DNA of 61,150 nt, counting the filler, from Nemertoderma westbladi (taxonomy: Eukaryota; Animalia; Xenacoelomorpha), in the NCBI GenBank assembly GCA_032718475.1. It is 3 parts of 3 records of this genome, joined end to end, with 100 filler letters (N's around TTAATTAATTAA, not from the genome) between each part and the next. Parts side by side here need not be neighbours in the genome. Positions count along the whole stretch, not along the records: positions 19,764 to 38,830 come from JAUCBJ010004246.1; 2 more parts are not named here. One strand, written 5' to 3'. The number at the start of each line of letters is the position of its first letter. Within the stretch, counting starts at the first letter, position 1. The notes beneath the pieces are model-generated. The model saw only the letters and a list, made by a program, of their open reading frames with translations, did not search any database and was not told where the DNA came from. Both the position numbers and the translations under genes were made by a program. Positions 24,744 to 36,843 of this stretch are shown piece after piece.

Positions 24744-25282
24744 ATATTTTAATATATTTATATAATTTAAATAATTTATTATAATGTGTTTAATTGTTGC
24801 GTGATTTATACATATCATAATATAAGGTTCATTGGAATTATAAATGTGAATATTATAATTATTACATTTATTTATTTTCATTTTCCCTCATAATCGAGGA
24901 GTATAAATACGTTGTTTGTTTTATTTTTTTTTTGAAATAACAAAGAAAACTGCAACCTAATAAAACTCGAAACAACAGCAAGGATTCCTACTCGCTACTG
25001 ACGCACATGAAGAATAGCGGAGCCCTGAAGTATAAATGAATATCTTCCTGAAATAAATCTTTCCTCCAGAAAAAAACGAAAGAAAGCAGCCCATTGAAAG
25101 GCGCAAACAATTAATATTTTTTAAAAGTAGCAGTCAGGTAAGAGAAATTAAATGTAGTTGAATTCAATTGACGGTGGGGGGAGGGGGGGGGGGGGGGTTG
25201 TACTAATATTCCATAGCAGCAACAAGGCTGGTTGCCTTCTCCAGGGCCCGAAGTGGGTTGTGATTGGCCGTCTATATTTAGC
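24744..25282. repeat. ~540-bp direct repeat, copy 2
   Basis: Matches 19764-20299 up to ...tctatatttagc. Confidence 0.92.
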
Positions 25283-25504
25283 TAAATCAAGAGGATTCCA
25301 TTTTACTGAATTCTTTAATGGAAGCGACTTCCTATTGGCTGTAGTAAAAGGCGCAAGGGAATCCCTTGTTTGTAAATAGTATTATGTGTTACGGTTGCTA
25401 TAATACGTACCAGAATGTTATAATTTAATGAATTAATGTTATAAAAAGGAAATTAATTATCCGAATTAAATGAATTCGCATCAATAATATGCTTAGAAAT
25501 TATA

Positions 25505-27633
25505 CAGTCGGGGTCTCAAAGTGCATCTGTTCTTTGAGATTTTCTCAAAGTTTTTCTAAAAGTATCTAAAAGTCATTACATTACTCCCAACGGCCGCTTT
25601 GAATTCTTGTAGACACTTTTAGTTGGGAATCTCAAAGTGATTTCCTGCTTTTAGGCACTTTGAATTCTTTGAGAAATGTTACTTTGGGGTAGTTTGCGGC
25701 ACTTTTAATTCTTTGAGAAAATAAACTCCGAGGTATTCCTGATTGACAGCTCGTGGTAAGTTAACTGAGAGGCAGAGGCATTCTCGGGGAAACAATATTA
25801 TGCGGGCAACAAAGCGATACTTGTGTGCTGGCCAGTTGTTGCATCGAAGCTATATTCCCATTAATTTATCAAATTGAGGTTCCTAAGGTCATTACGGGAT
25901 GGGTTTTCGGTCGCAAGTACAAATTGAATTTACGGCACCCTAAAATCTTTCTAAAAACATTCATTCAAATAATACATGAAACATAATTAGTGAAACAAGA
26001 TTAACTTGACAAGATTGATTATTTTAATAACATAATACAATATCAGATTAACAATTAATATAAGAGAAACTGCACTGTAGTATCTCTGTGTATACGCAGT
26101 TTCATTATAATGACCTAAAGAAACCCTGTTGGGTGAAAGCTTGTAATAACATTTGTTATTCATTTCATTAGTCACCTCCGGTCAAACCGTACTACCTTAA
26201 CTGTTTAATTAATATGATAACTACTGTATGTTGACGAGAGCGCGAGAATTCCTTCTTAAAAACTAAGAAAGGCTTTCGACTTTCAAGTACGATAGAACGG
26301 CTACAAACTTGTGTTGTTTTAGCTTAATAGAGATATTAAAATATCCCCTGCCGCTGGCGTTTATATTTGAGCATATTTTAAATGTTTGCCTCATATTCAA
26401 TTGATGTGTACCGCCTTCTGGCAAATCGGCACCCAGTTTAAACTATCAATCACAGCTAGTGAGTATCGACCCACGGACGGCAACCTTCAAACAAACAGGT
26501 ACAGAGTCGGAAAGAACTGTCACATGCTTTGCTTGGCTTGTGGGTATACCATTTGATTATATAATAGATTTTGGCAGACTGGGCGGTCGCTCTGACCATA
26601 TGCATTGCGCACCAACAATGCCTAAAACATCTATGGGAACAGCCAATTAGTGCGCTTGAATCATTTCTCTTTATTCCTGCCTCCATCTTTATTCTTTACT
26701 TTGTATAACACAATTTACAGTGCGGCAAAGTATGGCTGGTTGACCATGGAAATGCATTGGTAAAGGTATTCGGCGTTCACGTGGGCTTAACAAATTTAAA
26801 CAGTACAGTTTTAGCACTATACATTAATATAGATAGGGCAACAGACAAACTGTCTAAGACACAAACACCAACATATTCCGATAGCCCGTAATTATGGCGT
26901 CTCGAAAGAGTCCAAATATAAATTAATAAAATCCTCTATGAAACAATAAAAATACCTACAAAAAATACTGCTGTATTAAATATTAGTTACTGCAGTAACA
27001 AATATTTATTACTGCAGTAATAAATGCTGATATTGGATTGAGACAAATACAAACAATAAAAAAAAACAACACAAAACAAACTATGGCTGTAATACCCACC
27101 ACCAGGAAACAATCATACTTTAAAAATAACTTTTAGGTAGGAGTGGGAAAAGTCCAACAATATATTATTTACAGGTTTATTTACATGGCCAATGTTGGGA
27201 GACCGGCCCCGTCCGTCGTCCGTCGTAATTTTATTACTGCAGTAATAAATATTTATTACTGCAGTAACAAATATTTATTACTGCAGTAACAAATATTTAT
27301 TACTGCAATAATGAATATTAATAAATTAATGTTATTACTGCAGTAAGTTTAATTCTTACTTTCAGTAACAAATATTTATTACTGCAGTATTTTTTGGAGG
27401 CATCTTTATTGTTTCATAGAGGTTTTTATTACTTATATTTTACCCTATAGACAAAGTCAATATACCCCATACCATAGCCAGCTTCAGGCAGGACTGTATG
27501 AAATGACTGACAGTACTACTTTGAAATCTTTGAGGACACTTTGTCATTTTCTTGGACCACTTTTAGAAATTTGAGACACTTTTAGTTCTTTGAGAAAATC
27601 TCAAAGAACAGATGCACTTTGAGACCCCGACTG
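25505..27633. mobile_element. Tc1/mariner-type non-autonomous element (2129 bp)
   Basis: Perfect 46-bp TIRs CAGTCGGGGTCTCAAAGTGCATCTGTTCTTTGAGATTTTCTCAAAG (25505-25550 / 27588-27633), flanked by TA on both sides. No transposase ORF. Confidence 0.88.
26911..27445. mobile_element. Nested foldback/MITE with (TTACTGCAGTAA) subrepeats
   Basis: ~26911-27000 is an imperfect inverse of ~27365-27445. Internal ~23-bp repeats aaatatttattactgcagtaac. Confidence 0.65.
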
Positions 27634-27959
27634 TATATACTGTATTTTTATTGTTTATTTTATTCCATACCTCTAATAAGGCTGCGATATGAGTAAAGTT
27701 CGTCAAAAATAACTATATGGGGCCGAAAACATCAGGAAAAAACACATGATGGAAAAGCATATTATAGTTGGAAATACATCAGAATTGTATCGTTTCATAG
27801 GTATTTACAGTCGTTGCTCGGCGACACAAAACCCCCCACGCCATTGGTCTGGGGTTTGAGGGGGGGGGGGGGGGGGGGGGGGTGCTCCGCCTTCCTCTCG
27901 TAGGGCCTCTTGGCTAAGATTAGCATGGCGCCCCTGCTTCCGGGTGCATGGCTAATATT

Positions 27960-28750
27960 CATATTATCAATCTTTAATTTAATATTTATTGGTGCAATAT
28001 ATCCTGTATAATGGGCTGTTAGTAAATTAATAAAGTGTTTCAAATCTGGTAATAGATTAGATTGTGGCAATTAACGTGGTCTTAGTATAATGACAACACT
28101 GTTAAAGTTTTTTGATATAATAATTTACAATCGGTTAAAATATTGGATTAATTTAGATAAATGTCAGGCAGGAGCTCAAAAGGGCCGAGGGTGCATTGAA
28201 CACATCCTCGGACTTCGACTCATTATAGATTATGCAATTTTCAAGAAGTCTAAATTATACGTCGTTCTCATTGATTTTAGTAAGGCGTATGTATGACCGT
28301 GTTCCACGTGATAAAATGTTTGAACTACTTAAATCTTCAGGGTGTGGTTTTCGGATGTTATTTATTATTAAAGCGCTGTATTCTGCAACAAAATCTATAT
28401 TAAGATCTGCTGTAACTCTGACTACTATTGGGGTCCGCCAGGGGGCGCCTTCAAGTGGGATTTTATTTTGTATGTATCTTAATAAACTTGTTATCATGTT
28501 AAAAGAAGCTGTTAAATGTGATGGTTTCCTTGGTGCTTTAGTTTGCCTTTTGTTTATGGACGATACAGTAATAGTATCAACTTCTAGGAAAAATTGTGAA
28601 ATTAAATTACGAGCTCTATACGATTATTGTACTGTTTTTGGTATGGCAATTAATCAAAAGAAAGCAAATTTTTTGTAATAAACGGTAATGTTGATGACAG
28701 TAAACCATTTATTTTAGGTACTACAGTTATTTCTACATGTGAATTGTATG
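27960..28750 (+). pseudogene. Degenerate non-LTR retrotransposon RT fragment
   Basis: RGLSI, QAGAQKGRG, IDFSKAY/DRV (frameshift from a TATG duplication), GVRQG, LLFMDD. In-frame stops upstream. Confidence 0.85.
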
Positions 28751-29283
28751 TCTTAGTATTATTTCCGTGCTTCGTTATTTAATAATGTGATTAGATAAAA
28801 AAATAAATTAATGAAATATAATTCATCTGTTAATTATTACAAAAAAAAATCCAAAATTATATTAACATTTATATAGTTTTGAATTAAATGTTTCGAAATC
28901 AACAGTCATTCAATGAACTTATACAGCAGTGTCATACAGTATATCGCGTATCCCTTGGTTTAATCACTATTCTTTATTCAAGTATAACTGAATCCTGGCC
29001 CGGCGCCTTCACCCTCCACTGATAATTTAAAATCGTAACTTATTCAATCTTTGACTAAATTAAACCAAACTTGGAAAACATGTAATCTTGTTGTACTACC
29101 TTTGACGTCACAATACACTAATACACTTCGGTGAACAAATAAAATACATTTTACCAATACTGTACAAATCTTATTGCAATAAAATATATTATTTCTATAT
29201 AGAAACGGAGTGGAGGTGTGCCAGTATACTCAACTGTATACCATATTACTGTATTACGATTATTCTTAGTAGTAGGGTCTTGG

Positions 29284-29567
29284 CCGGCTCTCTGACACTT
29301 GGACCTCACTGACACCCATTGGGTGTCATATGAAACCCAATTATCACCCCATGGGTGTCATTGGGTGTCATTGGCGCCAGACTGTCTGGGTGACACCTCC
29401 CAATTAGACTAATTAGACCCTAATTGACAGGTGTCATAAATTAATTAGTACAATTAAACCCTAACAGGTGTCCTATTAGGGTTTAATTGATTATCCTAAT
29501 TAATCAGACTGATTAGCGCCCTGACAACAATGGGTCATCAGTGTTGTCCAACTGTCACAAAGCCGGC
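29284..29567. mobile_element. Small foldback element (MITE-like)
   Basis: gccggctctctgacacttggacctcactgacacccatt versus the reverse complement of aatgggtcatcagtgttgtccaactgtcacaaagccggc; internal GGTGTC/GACACC repeats. Confidence 0.55.
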
Positions 29568-29987
29568 TCAAGTGTCATAAGTGACACCGCGGCTCTTTTA
29601 TTCATTAATACCTATTTATTTATATTTAATTTTAATTAATTATTTGCATTTTATTTTACTTTATTTATTCATTTGTACTTTATTTTAAATTAATTAATTG
29701 TATTAACTTTACTTTATACATTGATTTCTATTTTTAGATTAATTAGTTTTTATATTACCAATGAGATCACTATGACATAATGTCTATATTTAACTTTATA
29801 ATTACCTATCGCATCCCACCACATTCCCGGCAACTATCAACTACGTTCATCGGCGGGGGGCCCCTCCTCTGCCCTCATTATTCCTTAACTAGATACGACA
29901 GGCAGTGAATCTACACGTAAACCCCCAAGGCCCCAAAACCCCCAACCCCCATAAGTCACAAATTTCTCAGATCATGTTCCCATTGCT

Positions 29988-32640
29988 GTGAATATATCCA
30001 TAGGCCCCACCACTCCCAATAAGGATAGTGATATAGATACTAAGGTACACTGTGCTACTCGAAACTTACGTCATTTCGACTGGGATAGAGCTAGTGAAAA
30101 ACAGATACAAAATTATAAAGATGATGTGAATAAAGTTTTGTGCACCCTTCTCCATCACAAATCACTAAACGGTAACTCATCTGTGCCCAATCTCGATTAT
30201 CAAATGATTCAGGTCCAGGATGCAATATTTAATGCAGCTAATGCCCATATACCAACACGTAGGCCACTTAGGTTGAGCAGGAACATTCGTATACGCTCGA
30301 ATATGCTGCGCAGGCGAAGCCAAACTACTTCCCAGTTATATAAACTTTGGTGTCAACAGGGCAAAAATGAGGATGATGCTGTTAGAACTACATTTAAGGA
30401 TTCTAAACGGGCTACTCGCCGGATGAAAAATTTTCTCAGCAAAAATATAGTTGCTAACAGAGTCCACAAGCAGATGCGCAGTCACAGCAGCAACCCGAGA
30501 CACTTCTGGAGCAATATAAAGAGGAAAACACAGGAGGATCCAATACCATTGTCCACACAATCCAAATTGAGGACACATTACTACAAAAACTTATCACATG
30601 ATGATGACCCTGTCAAAGCCGGGAATATGTACGACAAACTTGAAACAGCATGTAGTGACTCTACTCCGCCAAATATCTCACCTCTCGCTATTCAGAAGGC
30701 TATACTCAACCTTTCTAAAAGGAAAGCCGACGACTGTGCATCCCTTACAGCGAAACACCTGCTCCATCTTGACCCATATCCCATTTGCCATGTATTGAGT
30801 CAAATTATTAATAATTGCTTTTCCCTAGGCGCTGTACCATCTTTATTTGGTCATTCTTTGCTTACAAGCCTATTTAAAGGGAAAGGTAAAGACAAACTGG
30901 AACCAACATCTTATAGGCATATAGCATCCATCAGCATTTTTGCTAAGGTATTTGAACGTATCGTCCTGGTGCACTACTTGGGCCCGATTCTTACCCATGA
31001 CCATCAGACAGCTTATAAAAAAGGGATAGGTACATACATTGTTATCGGTACGATGTTAGAATGCATTGAATATTTTCTCTCCAACAACTCTAATATTTTT
31101 GTATGTCAGCTCGATCTCAAGTCAGCGTTTGATGAAGTGGACCATTTTATATTGGCCGACAAACTATTGGAAGTCATTAACCCTTATGTTGTTCGAACTC
31201 TCCTAGCTTACTACCAATGTAGTTGCATCTTTGAATGTTTGAAGTAGTTCCTCGCCCTGAGCACCGTCGTATGCATAATAAAGGAAGGATGAAATGATCT
31301 TTAGGTGCCGCTGTAATTATAATTACAGCGGCACCTAAAGATCATTTCATCCTTCCTTTATAGTTGCATCTTTCTTAAGTTTGGAAACCGCGTCGATCTT
31401 ACACCAATCGGGGTCCGGCATGGTGTGAAACAGGGTTCCTTATTATCACCAGCACTGTTTAACTTGTATACAAAGGGCATTATCAAAGGTCTTGAGGACT
31501 CTAAGTTAGGCTGCAGAATAAACTCGGTTTGGTTTGGCGCCTTTACATATGCAGATGACTTTTTATTACTGGCGACATCACCTGCAGACATTGAAGCTAT
31601 GTCGGAAATAATCAAAGTTGAGGCTTCTCGGGTCAACCTAATCATAGAGTCTAGTAAAACGAAATGGTGTATGATTCACCGAACCAAAGCATATATCCCA
31701 TGCTTTATTAACATTGCTGGCCAACCACCTTAACATACTTGGATACAAATTAACTAACTCAGATACTGCATTATCTGATTCCGTACAAACACTTGCGATG
31801 ATGTCTCAAGTGTTTCACACCAATGGTTGGACGACGCGGTGGCTTGAGCCTGTTGTTATTTTCAAGCTATGGCGATCACTGGTTTTACCAGTACTACTCA
31901 ACTCCCTTAAGTTCAACATTGGAGCATTCAGCGCCTCTGAGGTGGATAAGTTAGATTGCTACTATAGGAAAGTTCTGAGGAGCCTCCTGCACCTTGGCTC
32001 TTATATTGGTAATGCAACACTATACCAAGTGACTAACTGTAGACCTCTATCCATTGAAGCGTATCGCAATTCCGTTAGCACTATCTTCCGTTCTTTGTCC
32101 TGTCCTAACACACCTCTCCAACTTGGTTTAAGATTCTGTATCATAAAGAACCGTAGTAACCCAATGGACTACAGAGGTCTTACCAGTAGTTATGTCGGCG
32201 CACGGAAGTCATTCTCCTTGCCAGGACTGGAATCGATCCTCACCTATAAGTATGACTCACCTGGGCTTATCGCTCAAATCGAAATAGGAAAACCCACAGT
32301 GTCAAACATAGTTACTGATCAATTCATTGGCTCTTGCTTTTCATTACGATCTATTTCGCTTGAATCAAAAATAAAACGCATTATGGAATACATAGCTGTC
32401 CAATACTAACACGCTATTTTATGTATTTTTGTGCTTTTGCCTATAAACTTTGCAGTTAAATTATTGTAAATCTTCAGCCCATACACGGAATTTATCTTTG
32501 TGATCTTTAGTAATAATTGTTGTTCTTTTTTTTATCTCTGGACGTACTACCATATTTTACTTAATATATTGTGCATAATATATTTTAAATATCAATCTTA
32601 TTTGATTATTAAATGAATGAAATGAAATGAAATATAAATG
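29988..32640 (+). mobile_element. 5'-truncated non-LTR retrotransposon, RT ORF disrupted by an insertion and a frameshift
   Basis: SYRHI, HQTAY, QLDLKSAFDEV, GVKQGSLLSPALFNLY, YADD, ILG motifs across ORFs 29988-31247, 31425-31733 and 31714-32409. (AAATG)n tail at ~32610-32640. Confidence 0.88.
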
Positions 32641-34949
32641 AGCGGTCCCGTCTGTTAGCAGCCCCTTTGATGACTCACTAATAATCCCAACGCGACCTTG
32701 ACTACACCAAATCCGTATATCGCTCAAGGCTAATGTTCCAGCGGCCCTCCTTTGTTCTCACTATAGCCAGCATCACTTGGGTCCTTTACTATATCCAGGC
32801 ATCCCGTATTAACTTTACTTTATACATTGATTTCTATTTTTAGATTAATTAGTTTTTATATTACTTACCGCTACTAAATGAGATCATTATTAGAATACTT
32901 TATACATTGATTTCTATTTTTAGATTAATTAGTTTTTATATTACTTACCGCTACTAAATGAGATCATTATTAGCAGCATCTAACCATAGACTTGCAGCTT
33001 TATTTAGCCCTAGGTTATACAATACAGCTCCCTTACTTGTAACTATTTTGGAGTTAATGTTAGCGAAGGGCCTAAACTTAAGACAAGCTATCGCCTAGGT
33101 TACCAGTTACGCATGAATGAGCAATTTATCGGGGCCCCTCTTAAAATTCTTTGTGCTGCGTCAGGATTGCCTCATTTAAGGAAGCCGCATCCCTATCGAT
33201 AATCTAATTATGGTATCGCTAATCATTTTCAGTATACTGTATAATTAAATAGGGCCCTCTTTTAATACATAAGTTTATATTATATACAGTTTATCTTCAA
33301 TTTAATCTGTTTTTATTTACAACCCTAATTGTTCTACTGTAATTTATGTTTTATAATAAGAAGCTATCCGGTTAATCCGTATTAATTTTCTTTGTACTGA
33401 GGTTATCGAGGGCGCTCTTTTCAATGGTCCTATTCTCAAAACGATCTAACCTACTGTATAATTAATTACTTAAGACTGCGAGGTATGTAAAAGCTTTTGC
33501 TGAATTGTCCGGTTATTTTTCCTTATTTTTCCCGTAAAATACTCTGTAGTTGGTTTACCAGGCATAAAAGGGCCGTGTCCTTGCTGTACTGGTGTTTCAG
33601 CGGACATAAAAGCTATTTCTTCTGTATTTGTACTTTAGAGGACATAATCCGTAATTCCGTGACGTAAAAGCTCGATACTCTTGAAAACAGTGTCGCTACC
33701 ATGACGACGGCTAGCAGCTGATATTGCCACATCGACGTTTCTTTGTTTCTCTGTTCTCTCGTTGTTCAGGTTGACCAATCAGAGCGTTTGTTATCTCTGT
33801 GTTGGAGGTATATACAGAAACTCAGTAGTTCAGTGTTATGTTTTTGCCCAGAGCCTAAGAACCGGCTTTGGCACCTCCGTGTTTCAGTTTTTAGTCTTAC
33901 ACTAGTAGGTTTAATTACAAGGACATATATCCTTTAACTGCTAACTGATCATACATACTGACTGCTGAAACATTGCAAACTCATAACAATCAGTGTTTTC
34001 ATTGTTGTTTTATACTGCTATTTACCGTCAGTTCTTCATAATATGGTTGATGAATTATTATATTTGGAATAACGATAAATAACCCCGAAACCCAATATTC
34101 TTGATATACCGAAGGTAAGAGAGAAGGGTTACAGATAAACGATTGTGACTTATGTTAAAGTGGTTTGAAGTGAATCTAATGTTATTTGATAGACCCTACA
34201 TGAGTCAGTCTGTGTTCCTTTTATATGTGACTAAAATCAGTGAAGATTGGCAGATTAGTGTGCAGTATTGTGCAGCATTGTGTATGAGTGAGTCTGTTAA
34301 AGAAGCAATTCCTAAAGAATGCGCCATATATGTGAATTATAATTAAGCCATATCGTTGTGAGTAGTTTAAGTCATAACTCTGTTTATATAGATAAAGCGC
34401 CACGTCCTAAAGGAACTGTTAATATTACCGAAGGTGAATAATATTGTCAGAGATTATATAGTACTGTCAGTCGAATAATACATTAGGCTTACATAGCAAT
34501 AAAATTAAACCGTCGAACCCAATCTCCCGGGAATATCCAGCGGGTGAATGATCGCGCACAGATTGGTTTCGACTAGTGTAGTGAATCAAATACTTGTCAT
34601 AGACTAAAAACCGATTTAATATCTAGAAGACATCTTAATTTGGTGGGTTAAACTGCCAAAGGTCTGAAAGCGCGAACATTAAAGGATATAGCTTCTGTAT
34701 TGCAGTAGGCAATAAAGCTGAAGTACCGGCAACCGGTACCCAGTAGGCCTGACTACCTAACCACCCGGACCGGTACCTACAGCAGTACAGGTACAGCAGT
34801 ATTATTCGATTTTGATAATTATATACCGGTAGGCCTTAATAATTAATCAGGAAGGGCCCGCCCTGGTTTTTTATTGAGATTTTTACTTATTTCTGTCAAG
34901 TTTTATTTATTTGTAGGCCAGTATTGAACAGAAGGCGTGTAAGCCTGAT

Positions 34950-35480
34950 CAGATTGTACAGACAATTTGTAGGCTGAGCTGTTGTCTGATTGCTGTTAAG
35001 TCTGAACGGATTGCAGTGTGTGTAGGTCACTTGTCCGATAAAGAACGGTTGGGAAGTTGGGGTAGCCATTGCTGTAAAGTAAACCCCCAATTAAAGAATA
35101 AGTCGTACTACTGGGTTAGAACGCATACTACCTAACTATTTCGGAGTCTGCATGTCCTGTAGTTTATTTAGGCTTGAGAGTAGTCTGCCATCGTTTGGTC
35201 TGTACTTTGTTTGTGTAGTCTGTACAGGTAGCGTATAATATCATTTAGATAATTTGTAGGCTGGATAGTTGTCTGTCTGTTATTAGGTCTGAACGGATTG
35301 CAGTGTGTGTAGAGCCCTTGTCCGATAAAGAACGGTTGGGAAGTTGGGGTAGCCATTGCTGTAAAGTAAACCCCCAATTAAAGAATAAGTCGTACTACTG
35401 GGTTAGAACGCATACTACCTAACTATTTCGGAGTCTGCATGTCCTGTAGTTTATTTAGGCTTGATAGTAGTCTGTCAGTA
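34950..35480. repeat. Tandem duplication, period about 287 bp
   Basis: tctgaacggattgcagtgtgtgtag...tttatttaggcttga at 35001 and 35288. Confidence 0.85.
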
Positions 35481-36843
35481 TTTAGTCTGCATTTTTGTTT
35501 GAGTGGTTTGTACGCGTAGCGTAATATTTATTATTCAGAGTTTATGCGATTATCCGCAACATTCATTCCCTAAGTTTGTTCCTACAGTAATTGTGTTTGT
35601 TATACATACCGCTATAGTTAAATTAACCCCGGTACTATACGGGCTGCTCGGCGTAGGTAAAGACTGGTGATTTTGTGCATCGGTCACTCCAGCAGATGCC
35701 GTGGTTCTTTTAGCTGTTCAAGTATATTTAACTACTGATTATCTGTTATACAAGTACTCGTACCTAATTTAGGGTTTAGTGTACAGTACTTTCCGAAGTA
35801 ATTATTGTAGACATTATATCTGTGTTGTAAAGTGGTTGATAGGCACATTCGATTAGCTCTATTAACTTCTAGGTAGGAACACTCCGTGATACATAACGTA
35901 GAACCTATAGCGATACGGCTATAGGTCGTCAGGCGGTGGTATTTTCCTATCTAGACAACGCAGTGTATTTACTACTACTTATTATTTCAAATACCGTAGT
36001 ACCCTGTCCGTTGTAATAACCGGTTATCTAACCCTTTGTTAGGCTGGTTTGTAGACTTCTTGTAAAATTACCCTAAAAATTCGTATTTGTTTTTTGTAAA
36101 TTTTGTGTTTATTTAGAGATTGTAATCTCACCCGAATTGTACGTAATTTGTAGTATTAAGTAACTTAGGTAAATTAGAATTATTTGTTTTAGTGTCCTAT
36201 ACGTAACACTTCACTAAAAGCGCACCGCTTTGTGTAGTGATTACCCCAGAAATAATAACATTTATTTCAAACATAGACAAAACCCATTAAAACGGGTATA
36301 AATACATTATAAATCAAATCTAACGATTTATAAATAGTAGGCCTACCATAAAACCATTAGGTCTCAATATCAGTTGGACTACTGCTCAAATAACGGTAAT
36401 AAAGTAAGTAAAGTAACAAAGTAACCCTAAAGTAACAGAAATTCAATTATTTGAAATAATTGATATACCGGTATTTACGATAGGCCTATTATCTTTATTT
36501 CTATAAATCTAGGCTGAAATTATACCGGTACTTGTAATTAATTCTATTTCAGAATTATATATCCTACAAACTGTAAGCTGTATACCGGTATTCCAGATAG
36601 GCCTATTATATATTTGTATATATTTGTGCTAAAATTATACCGGTATTCTGTGATAAACCTAGTCTGTGATAATACTTATATAGTTATATATACTATAAGC
36701 ATACCGGTATTCTAATATATTATATATCACGCTACACTGAGTAGCAGTACCGGTACTTAATTACTAGGCTAGCAGTTAATACTGAGTTATTAGACTTACT
36801 CAGACTGTAATACAGCAGTAGACATTCAACGGTATACATAGTC

